Assembly (NCBI GenBank): GCA_016235455.1
Contig: JACRKZ010000114.1
Coordinates: 1 to 15,206 of the forward strand
DNA: 15,206 nucleotides
Source of the DNA: Armatimonadota bacterium
GTDB taxonomy: Bacteria; Armatimonadota; UBA10988
Direction: 5' to 3'
Part shown: piece after piece, positions 7,920-15,206 of the stretch
Layout of the letters: the number at the start of each line of letters is the position of its first letter
Position numbering within the stretch: the stretch's first letter is position 1
Made by a program: the position numbers and the translations under genes
Notes under the pieces: model-generated
Told to the model about the DNA's origin: nothing
Database searches by the model: none
What the model saw: the letters and a program-made list of their open reading frames with translations, nothing else

Positions 7920-8687
7920 CTAGACCTTCGAGAAGTCCGTCGGCGCGAGCACCGTACTGGTGATGTGCGAGACGATGTTCTGGTATTCGGGCTTGCCCGA
8001 CATGGTCTTCCACTCGGGGTCGGCGCCGAACGCCTTCCAGCCGGCGGCGCGCGCGGCGTCGTTCTCGCAGGTGATCATGTAGGTCAGGTTCGGCATGGCC
8101 GCCCCGGCCAGCGTCTGACCAAAGAACACGGGCGCCAGCCCCGCGCGGGCGAAGATGGGGATCTCGCCGTTGTTGAACATGTCGATCTTCTTGGCCGCCG
8201 AGCGCTCGTTGTGGCTCTCGTAGCAGCGCAGTTCGAAGATACGCGGCTTGTCCAGCTTGGGCACGGCGAGGCGCGGCTGACCGGTGAAGGCCAGCATCAG
8301 CGAGCTCTCGACCCGCTTATAGAGCGGATCGGCCGGCGGGAAGTCCAGGTACGGCGCGGCCGCCTTGGCGAATTCGGGGTCGGCGCTGAGCATGTTGACC
8401 ATGGCGATGGTCTCAGGCGAGCCGTGCACGGCCAGCACGAAGACCACGGGGTCAGGCCCCTCGGTGACGGGCTTGAAGACGCCGACGGGCATCACGTCCA
8501 GCCGGTCCAGCGCCGGCAGCAGCGCCGTCTTGAGGTACGCGTCGAACGCGGCTTGCCGCTCGCCGGCCTTGAGCGTGTAGCGCCGCAGTTCATAGAGGTC
8601 GCGGCCCTCCAGTCCCGCTTGTGCCTGGGCCGCGCTGGCCGCCAAGGCCGCCGTGCCGGCGGCCGCTACGAAGGAACGCCTGTCCAT
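7920..8687 (-). CDS. NIPSNAP family protein with Tat signal peptide, 255 aa
   Basis: Twin-arginine leader MDRRSFV...ASAAQA. Two NIPSNAP-type halves start at LYELRRY and IFELRCYESH; also PNLTYM and W..F..DPEW. GGAG RBS present. Confidence 0.88.
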   Translation of the reverse strand: MDRRSFVAAAGTAALAASAAQAQAGLEGRDLYELRRYTLKAGERQAAFDAYLKTALLPALDRLDVMPVGVFKPVTEGPDPVVFVLAVHGSPETIAMVNMLSADPEFAKAAAPYLDFPPADPLYKRVESSLMLAFTGQPRLAVPKLDKPRIFELRCYESHNERSAAKKIDMFNNGEIPIFARAGLAPVFFGQTLAGAAMPNLTYMITCENDAARAAGWKAFGADPEWKTMSGKPEYQNIVSHITSTVLAPTDFSKV

Positions 8688-8725
8688 CGCTCGTTCTCCC
8701 GCGGGCCCATTCGCTGGACTCGCGG

Positions 8726-9004
8726 CTACTCCTGCCCGGCAATGCGCGCGCGAATCGCCGCTACCAGCGCATCGAACTCGGCCTGGGTGGTGATCGAGTC
8801 GACATCACCCGCGCCGCCAATACAGCGGGACAGGTAGTTCATGGCGCGCACGAAACGGCCGGTGACCATGTCCAGCGCCAGCACGTCGAGGCCGCCGTCG
8901 CCCGTCGGCACGAGCTGGACGGGCCGGTCATTGACGGTGTAGAACGCCGGTGCCGGCGGGGCGGGTCGGGAACTGACGGCGTAGCGATTCGATTTGGCGC
9001 GCAC
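8726..9004 (-). CDS. Hypothetical small cytoplasmic protein, 92 aa
   Basis: GTG start with AGGTGA upstream, GC3-rich codons and globular composition (FYTVNDRPVQLVPTGDGGLDVLALD...GRF). It fills the gap between NIPSNAP and the divergent operon. Confidence 0.75.
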   Translation of the reverse strand: MRAKSNRYAVSSRPAPPAPAFYTVNDRPVQLVPTGDGGLDVLALDMVTGRFVRAMNYLSRCIGGAGDVDSITTQAEFDALVAAIRARIAGQE

Positions 9005-9027
9005 GATGGCTCACCTGCTGCTCTCAG

Positions 9028-9055
9028 CATAACCGCTGTGCGGCGCGCGGTTATG
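9028..9055. promoter_or_regulatory. Inverted repeat in the divergent promoter region
   Basis: CATAACCGC (9028-9036), N10, GCGGTTATG (9047-9055). The left arm overlaps a minus-strand -10-like TATGCT (9031-9026). Confidence 0.5.
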
Positions 9056-9134
9056 ACATGGGTGTTGAGATGTACGGGGAGGAATAGCGGGCCACGCGCG
9101 CCAAGGCAGGTCACGATGTGGCTGGAGCACCGAG

Positions 9135-11471
9135 ATGGTCTGCTGGCGGCCGTACCTTCTGGTGATGGTGTTGGGCTGGGCGACGGTCGCACCCGGCCTG
9201 GAGCTGCGGCCCGACGACTGGCAGGACCGCAGCGTCGACGGCCAGGTCGCCTTCGCGGACGGCGTTGTGACGCTGTCGGTGCCCAAGGGCTCCGGCGGCA
9301 CCGCCGAACTCGTCGCCAAGGCACCGGTCAACGGTGATTTCCAGGTGACCGTCAGCTACCGGCTCGAGGCCTGGGTCACCGGGCCCGACGCCACCCTCGG
9401 CGCGCATCTGGGCCTGGCCGACGGCGATGAGGCCAAGGCGCAAGTGCTGGTCGGCCGCGGCTGGGAGCGCACGCTCGACGAGTACGCCGGGATGACCTTC
9501 CGCGACGGCCAGTGGCGCTCACGCTTCGCCACGCTCACGGACGACCGCGAGGGCAAGTTGCAGATCCTCCGCCGCCTGGGCCAGATCCGTGTGGCCGTGC
9601 AACGCGGACATGGCTGGCAGACGCTGGCCATGCTCGACTGGGATCCGCGCGCACCGCTCTTCCTGCGGCTGGGCGTGGTGACCGGGCCGACGGGCACGGC
9701 ACAGGTGCCCGCGGCGGCGGTGCGCTTCGAGAAGCTGACGATTGAGCAGTTGCCCGACCTGCCCAAGCCCGGCACCGGCGCCGCCGGCGGGGCCACGGGC
9801 GACGCTGACCGTGACTGGCTGGTCTGGGCCAACGACCTGGGCTGGCTGCACGTGGGGTCACGCGCGCAGTTCAAGGCCACCACGCCGCGCCGGGCCGAGA
9901 TCCTCGGCGGCCAGGGCGAGGAGCCGCTGGTCAACACCGAACTGCAGGGCGGATTCGAGAACCGCGACAAGGTGCTCGACTGGTTGTGCGAGCGGCTGAC
10001 TCGCGTGGTCGTGGCCTACGACCCCACCGGTGCGCCGCACGAGATCGTCGCCGCGCGCCTGGAGGGCAAGGACTACCGGCTGCGGCTGGTTGGCGGCAAC
10101 GACCCCGAAGCGCTGACCATGGCCGAGAACTACGACTTCGAGGGCGAGAAGGCGGTGCTCGCCGCGCACGGGCTGACCCCGCGTTGCAGCTATCGCCGGC
10201 TGTGGCTGGTCCACGCGCTGGGCCACTCCACGGTGGATGGCTGGGCCGTGGACAACCGCTGGACCACTTTCTCATCGCCGCCGCAACCCCTGGAGAAGGA
10301 GCCCCAGAAGGCATCGTTCGAGGTGGCCGACGGGTTGGGTGGCACGTTCACCTACGTTGCCGACCAATGGGAAGGCCCGTACCGCGACAACTACGGCCTG
10401 GCCGTGGCCATGCGGCGGCTGGGCATCGTCGACGAGGTGCCCATCTTCCCGCCAGCCAGCAACTACCAGCGCAAGCTCAAGGCCGCCGATGTGCCCGAGA
10501 AGCCGCGCGACTTCGGCACCGAAGTGCTCGGCGTGCAGCCGTTCGCCGACCCGCCCGGCTTGCGCGACTGGGTGGTCTACGTGACCGGCGGCGTCTGGCT
10601 GCATATCGGCACCCGCACCGAGTACGACCAGCCGGTGACCCGCGCCGAGACGCTGCTGGCCGGCGACGGCCAGGACGCTGTGCCCAAGAAGCTGGTCGAT
10701 CTGGGCCGCCGCTTCGGCAGCTACGACAGCGCGCTACGGGCGCTGGTCAAGCAACTGACCGACGTGCGCTCGCGGTTCAGCCCGACATCGCAGCCGCGCG
10801 AGGTGGTCGTGGCCAGCCTGGCCGGCGCCGAGGTGGCGGTGCATCTGGCGCGGGACCCCGAGGCGTTGGTGGCCGGCTACGGCGGCTACAACTATGGCGC
10901 CGAGCTGGCGCTGCTGCGCTCGGTGGGCCTGGGCGTGCGCAAGACCTTCGGCGCGCAGCGGCTGGTCCACGCCACCGGTCACGGCACCATGAACGGGCCG
11001 GTCAAGGACGACTTCTGGATGATGGTCAAAGGCGAGCCGCGCGGCGGCAACTCCATCGAGCTGCCGGACGGCATGGGCGGCACGTTCGGCTACTCGCTCG
11101 ACCAGGTCGAGGGACCGTTCACCGACAGCTTCGGGCTCGTGCCCGCATTGGTGGCCCATGGCCTGAAGAGCATCGGCCTGTACGGCGAGGATCGCGGCGT
11201 CGGCCTGCTGGATGGGCCGCCGCCCGCGCCGCCACCACTGACGCCGCCGCGCATTCTGGCCATCACGCCCGACCGCGGCGAGGCGGGCCACAGTTTCTAT
11301 GTCACGGTCATCGCCGAGGGCATGAGGCCGGGCTACGGCTTTGCCTTCGGGCCGGGCGTGCTGGTCAGTGACGAGACCTGCCTGGGCCGCAACCCCGACG
11401 GGCCGGGCGAGCGTTGGCTGGCCACGGTCACGCTGGACCAGGGCACCGGCTTCGCGCCGGTCGCGCCGTGA
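9135..11471 (+). CDS. Exported multidomain hypothetical protein, 778 aa: signal peptide, ConA-like beta-sandwich, two tandem unknown domains, Pro linker, Ig/IPT-like domain
   Basis: GGAG RBS at 9124-9127 and a hydrophobic leader. GDFQVTVSY, KLQILR.GQI and VRFEKLTI suggest a ConA-like fold. The internal duplication is clear. PPPAPPPLTPP is followed by RILAITPDRGEAG, an IPT/TIG-like start. Confidence 0.85.
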   Translation: MVCWRPYLLVMVLGWATVAPGLELRPDDWQDRSVDGQVAFADGVVTLSVPKGSGGTAELVAKAPVNGDFQVTVSYRLEAWVTGPDATLGAHLGLADGDEAKAQVLVGRGWERTLDEYAGMTFRDGQWRSRFATLTDDREGKLQILRRLGQIRVAVQRGHGWQTLAMLDWDPRAPLFLRLGVVTGPTGTAQVPAAAVRFEKLTIEQLPDLPKPGTGAAGGATGDADRDWLVWANDLGWLHVGSRAQFKATTPRRAEILGGQGEEPLVNTELQGGFENRDKVLDWLCERLTRVVVAYDPTGAPHEIVAARLEGKDYRLRLVGGNDPEALTMAENYDFEGEKAVLAAHGLTPRCSYRRLWLVHALGHSTVDGWAVDNRWTTFSSPPQPLEKEPQKASFEVADGLGGTFTYVADQWEGPYRDNYGLAVAMRRLGIVDEVPIFPPASNYQRKLKAADVPEKPRDFGTEVLGVQPFADPPGLRDWVVYVTGGVWLHIGTRTEYDQPVTRAETLLAGDGQDAVPKKLVDLGRRFGSYDSALRALVKQLTDVRSRFSPTSQPREVVVASLAGAEVAVHLARDPEALVAGYGGYNYGAELALLRSVGLGVRKTFGAQRLVHATGHGTMNGPVKDDFWMMVKGEPRGGNSIELPDGMGGTFGYSLDQVEGPFTDSFGLVPALVAHGLKSIGLYGEDRGVGLLDGPPPAPPPLTPPRILAITPDRGEAGHSFYVTVIAEGMRPGYGFAFGPGVLVSDETCLGRNPDGPGERWLATVTLDQGTGFAPVAP
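9810..11165 (+). repeat. Protein-level tandem duplication of a ~200-aa domain (copies at about 9810-10427 and 10563-11165)
   Basis: Collinear matches: RDWLVW/RDWVVY, WLHVGSR/WLHIGTR, DPEAL/DPEAL, LVHALGHST/LVHATGHGT, DGLGGTFTY/DGMGGTFGY, DQWEGPYRDNYGL/DQVEGPFTDSFGL. Confidence 0.9.
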
Positions 11472-11482
11472 GGAGGCCCACC

Positions 11483-14400
11483 ATGCGCCGCACCGTCCTC
11501 GCTCTGTTGCTGCTGACCAGCGCGACCTGGGCCGAACGGCCGCAGGGCCCGCAGATAGGCCGGTCGCCCTCGGCCGTCCTGGACGACCAGGGCCAGCGTG
11601 TGGGCACCGGGCCGGAACTCGGCATCCTGGGCCCGGCGCCCAAGCCGCCGACGCCGACGGCCGCGGCGCCTGACACGTGGGGCGAGGCCACGCGCTGGGT
11701 GGCGGCGTTCCTGGAGCAGTTCGGCCTGCTCGACCATGACATGCAGGTCATCGGCTTCATGCTGCGCGCCAACGTGCTGGCCATCCGCGAGTTGGAGGCC
11801 GAGATCGCCGGTAACGAACGTCTGCTGGCTACGGCGGTTCGCGCCGACCTGCGCGAGGTGCTGCAACGCGCCATCGACCGTGCCAAGGGCGATCTGGCCG
11901 AGCTGACCCGCGAGCGCGACGAGCGGCTCAACGCCGCGCTCGAGCGCTGGACCAACCTGCACGCCAGCCTGGCCGACAAGATCGCCGAGAGCGCGGACAA
12001 GCCCGAGGTCAGCGCCATGCTGACCAAGCTCGAGACCGTGCTTCAGCGGCGTCAGACCATTGGCGAGTTGACGCTCTATCTGCAGGCCGGCTACGCCGAG
12101 CGGTTCCGCACACTGGCCGGCGGCGCCGAGCAGGATCCCGCGCTGGCACCGCATGTGCTGCTGCTGCGTGTGCAGGACCAACTCGACGGTGGGCACCTGG
12201 CCAATGCGCTGCTGATGGCGCGCGACGGCGCCCAACGCTACGCCGACCAGGCCATCGGCAAGTCCTTCGCGGTGCAGGCGCAGTCGCTCGATGTGGCCTA
12301 CATGAAGGCGCTGGCCGACACCTTCGGGCGCGAGTCCGACCAGATCCAGAAGGCCTGGTCCAACTACTCGGGGCAGGTCAGCGACAGCTACATCAAGCAG
12401 TTCTTCACCGGCAGCATGAGGCACAGCTTCGAGTACTACGCCGGCCGCACCGACCGGCTGGCGGCGCTGGCAGGCGAGGAGGCCGACCAGCGCGCCATGG
12501 GCGGCCACGGCCTGCAGGTGATGATTCGTCTGCGCGATGCGGGCCTGAGCTTCAAGGAGATCATGGCGCTCGATGGTGATGGCATCCGCTCTGCCTTCAA
12601 GCAGAAGCTGGGCGCGGAGGTCAGCTTCGAGACGGCGGACATGATGAACACGGCGGTCTCGGTGGCGCTGCGCGACCAGCGGCTGATGAACATGGTGCGC
12701 GGCGACAAGGTCGCCAGCGAGGCCGACCTGCGCGCGGGTTGGGCGGGCAAGGCGGAGTTCGAGGACGGGCTGCTGGCGCACGCGGCCGACGCGATAAACG
12801 TGAAGAACGCGCTGCTGCTGCTCGGGCCGGGCGCGGTGGTCAGCTCGGCGGGCACAGGCGCCAGCCTGACGGCGCGGTTCGCGCAGGTGGTGGGTCGCGG
12901 TGTCAGCGGCGCCGAGCGCATGGAGGCGCTGTTCGGTACCGGGCTCGACGGCGCGGTCACGGCGCGCGACTGGTTGTCCTCGGCGGCGCGGCTGCCCGAG
13001 GTGGCCGGCGCGCTGGCCAAGACCAAGACCGGCGCCGCGCTGCGCGACGGCCTGAACACCTGGTTCTCGGCACGCTATGACGGGCCACTGGCGGCGCGCA
13101 TCGCCATGGGCGCCGAGGGTCTGGTCGCCGAACTGGCCATCTTCGAAACCGCCGGCCGCGCGGGCAAGGCGGTCGGCGGCCAGGTGGGCGAGTTCTTTGG
13201 CCAGGCCATGGCCACGCTTGTGGGCAACCCCGCGGAGTTGGCGCACCAGGCCTTCGGCAAGGCGCGCACGGCCGCCGTGGCGGCCACCATGGCCGAGTTC
13301 CGCGCCGCAGAGCGCGGCCGCGCGCTGGCCCGGGAAGTGAGTCAAGCTGGCCAGACCGTGGATGACGCTGCCAGCCGCCTGACTCGTGGCGAGACCCTGT
13401 CCGCCGATGAGCTGGCTAGGGTCGAGGAAGCCTCGGCCACGGCGCGACGGGTGGAGCAGGAGGCGCTCGCCGTGGAGCAGCAGGCCGGCGGCCCCGGCCC
13501 CAGTTCGAGCACGCGCGGTCCCATCGAGCAGGCGCAGGCGACCGACGGGCTGGCGCAGGCGGTGCGTCGCGGCGACGCCGAGGCCGTGCAACTGGCGCAG
13601 CAGACGTCGCAACGGCTGGCTGGCGCCGGCGAGGAGGCGGCAGGCGCGGTCCGTGAGGCTGAGTCCGGCCTGCAACAGGCCTCGCAACGTGTGGCCGAGG
13701 CGCCCGCCTCGGGCGCTTCGGCCGCGGGCAGCGACGGCCCGCTGGTCAACGACGCCGCGACGCCCATTCGCACCAAGGTGCCCAACTCAGCCGACCTGGG
13801 CTCGGGCGCCCGGGCCCAGGCGGCGGTGGGCAGCGCGCCCAGCGCGCCGCCGCTGAAGCTGGCGCGCAACGCCATGCGCGCGGGCGAGTTCGGCGAGGCC
13901 GAGGCCTGGTACCGCCAGGCGGCACTCAACCCCGAGCTCAACGCCGAGGATGTGAAGCTGGTCCGAGCGGGCATCACCGAGGCTCGGCAGGCACAGCGCT
14001 ACGCGCGCATCCTGGCCGAACGCGCCGAGGCGCCGTGGATCGGCGAGGCACGAGCGCGCGCGGACAAGGCGCTGGAGCCACTGTCGGCCGATGAGAAGGG
14101 CTACCTGTCGGGCTTGGATGTCAACCAGCAGACGCGCTTCTCAGACTTCTTCGGCACGGAGCCGACGGCCGGCGGGCCGCGCGTGGTGTTCGACCGCGAG
14201 GGCCGCATGATGGGCCTGTGGAAGCCCGCGGCGCCGCCCGGCGGGGCCGGCATCCAAGGCATGCCCGACGATGGCAACCTGGTCAGCGAGGTGTTCGTCT
14301 CGCGGCTGGCCAAGAAGCTGGGCCTCAACGTGCCCCGTGCTGAGCCGGTGAGTATGCTGGGCGTCGGCGGCCGGACGGTGGACGGCGTGTTCATCCGCTG

Positions 14401-15061
14401 GGTGCCAGGCACGCACATCGTGCATAAGCTCGAGCCCGGGGCCCGCGCCGTGCTGGCCGAGCAGATCGCCGCCTTCCGGGCGCTGTCGGCCTACACGGGC
14501 AACTACGATGTGCACCTGGGCAACTACCTGGTCGATGGCTCGGGCCGCGTGTGGGGCATCGACTTCGGCAACGCGGCGTTGGGCAAGGTGCCCGTGGAGG
14601 ACGCCAACATCCTGCGCCAGATCATGCATGTGCCAAACTACCCGCTGAGCGGCGACCAGGTGGTGGACGAGGCCCGGCTGCTGCGCGATGCCTACACCTA
14701 CCGCAAGGTTACCCCCGGCACCTTCAACCCCAAGGCGGTGACCATCGAGCAGGGCGACTTCTACAAGGAGGAGGTGGCCTATCTCGACCGCCTGCTGCCG
14801 GCGGCCAAGATGACCAAGGTGGCCGACGGCGTGCGCGACCTATCGGCGGGCGAGATCGAGACTCTGTTGCAGGGCACGTTGCGCCGCGGCTCCGAGGCGG
14901 CCAACAGCGAGGCGGCCAAGGAGATCGCCGAGCATCTGGCTGCGCGCGGCAAGAGCATCGACAAGATCATCGACACCTGGAAGTCGACCGACAAGCTGGA
15001 CTCGGACGTACTGGTGCCGGCCGGCGCGGGGCCGCAGCGGACACCGACGGTCGGCGGGTAG
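11483..15061 (+). CDS. Large exported protein, 1192 aa, with coiled-coil/TPR-like helical body and C-terminal HipA/PI3-PI4K-like atypical kinase domain
   Basis: AGGAGG at 11471-11476 and ATG at 11483. Sec-type leader MRRTVLALLLLTSATWA. Kinase motifs LWKP (K914), SEVFVSRLAKKLGLNVP (E936), YDVHLGNYL (D1009) and IDFG (D1027). Confidence 0.85.
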   Translation: MRRTVLALLLLTSATWAERPQGPQIGRSPSAVLDDQGQRVGTGPELGILGPAPKPPTPTAAAPDTWGEATRWVAAFLEQFGLLDHDMQVIGFMLRANVLAIRELEAEIAGNERLLATAVRADLREVLQRAIDRAKGDLAELTRERDERLNAALERWTNLHASLADKIAESADKPEVSAMLTKLETVLQRRQTIGELTLYLQAGYAERFRTLAGGAEQDPALAPHVLLLRVQDQLDGGHLANALLMARDGAQRYADQAIGKSFAVQAQSLDVAYMKALADTFGRESDQIQKAWSNYSGQVSDSYIKQFFTGSMRHSFEYYAGRTDRLAALAGEEADQRAMGGHGLQVMIRLRDAGLSFKEIMALDGDGIRSAFKQKLGAEVSFETADMMNTAVSVALRDQRLMNMVRGDKVASEADLRAGWAGKAEFEDGLLAHAADAINVKNALLLLGPGAVVSSAGTGASLTARFAQVVGRGVSGAERMEALFGTGLDGAVTARDWLSSAARLPEVAGALAKTKTGAALRDGLNTWFSARYDGPLAARIAMGAEGLVAELAIFETAGRAGKAVGGQVGEFFGQAMATLVGNPAELAHQAFGKARTAAVAATMAEFRAAERGRALAREVSQAGQTVDDAASRLTRGETLSADELARVEEASATARRVEQEALAVEQQAGGPGPSSSTRGPIEQAQATDGLAQAVRRGDAEAVQLAQQTSQRLAGAGEEAAGAVREAESGLQQASQRVAEAPASGASAAGSDGPLVNDAATPIRTKVPNSADLGSGARAQAAVGSAPSAPPLKLARNAMRAGEFGEAEAWYRQAALNPELNAEDVKLVRAGITEARQAQRYARILAERAEAPWIGEARARADKALEPLSADEKGYLSGLDVNQQTRFSDFFGTEPTAGGPRVVFDREGRMMGLWKPAAPPGGAGIQGMPDDGNLVSEVFVSRLAKKLGLNVPRAEPVSMLGVGGRTVDGVFIRWVPGTHIVHKLEPGARAVLAEQIAAFRALSAYTGNYDVHLGNYLVDGSGRVWGIDFGNAALGKVPVEDANILRQIMHVPNYPLSGDQVVDEARLLRDAYTYRKVTPGTFNPKAVTIEQGDFYKEEVAYLDRLLPAAKMTKVADGVRDLSAGEIETLLQGTLRRGSEAANSEAAKEIAEHLAARGKSIDKIIDTWKSTDKLDSDVLVPAGAGPQRTPTVGG

Positions 15062-15147
15062 GGCAGGCGCGGTGGCCTTCGAGCCGGCGGACCGGTACAC
15101 TTAGCGTGTCACGAAGGAACGAGTCTTCGGGCCTGGAACAGTGAACC

Positions 15148-15206
15148 ATGTCCAGCGGGGGAAGCGATCTACTGGCCGAGGAGGCAAGCGAGGCCTGGCA
15201 GCCGAC
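15148..15206 (+). CDS. Possible 5' start of a downstream gene, truncated by the window edge
   Basis: ATG at 15148 reads MSSGGSDLLAEEASEAWQP to the edge, with a -10-like TACACT at 15096-15101. Too short to verify. Confidence 0.3.
   Translation, partial: MSSGGSDLLAEEASEAWQP

Noticed and set aside
6159-8837. 892-aa plus-strand ORF
   Set aside because: It is the antisense shadow of the glycosidase and NIPSNAP genes. It has no motifs, and long stop-free antisense frames are expected at this GC content.
11333-13687. 784-aa minus-strand ORF
   Set aside because: It is antisense to the large kinase gene, which has an RBS, a signal peptide and recognisable motifs.
14150-15061. Classical HipBA toxin-antitoxin module
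   Set aside because: There is no adjacent HipB-like HTH gene, and the kinase is fused to a ~900-aa exported body.
1-15206. CRISPR arrays, tRNA/rRNA genes, IS elements and nucleotide tandem repeats
   Set aside because: None were seen by eye. The intergenic gaps are short and no transposase or integrase motifs appear in the ORFs.

Overview
This is a GC-rich, gene-dense bacterial window with no rRNA, tRNA, CRISPR array or mobile element that I can recognise. The left two thirds hold mixed metabolic genes. In order: the 5' end of a probable UroD/MtaA-like gene, a DUF302 gene, and a coupled minus-strand trio (GT2 glycosyltransferase, TIM-barrel sugar epimerase, class-III aminotransferase). Next come a convergent NifB/NifX-family and DUF134 pair whose two promoters share a TTGACA-N4-palindrome layout, a P-loop kinase, a flavin reductase, a secreted six-hairpin glycosidase-like protein and a Tat-exported NIPSNAP protein. 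The right third is the most unusual part: a tightly linked pair of predicted exported proteins. The first (778 aa) has a ConA-like domain, two copies of an unrecognised ~200-aa domain and an Ig-like C-terminus. The second (1192 aa) is mostly helical and ends in an intact HipA/PI3-PI4K-like kinase domain. A 92-aa orphan gene is transcribed divergently from the pair. The arrangement resembles an undescribed secreted kinase-effector or polymorphic-toxin-like system. All family calls come from reading motifs by eye; no searches were run.
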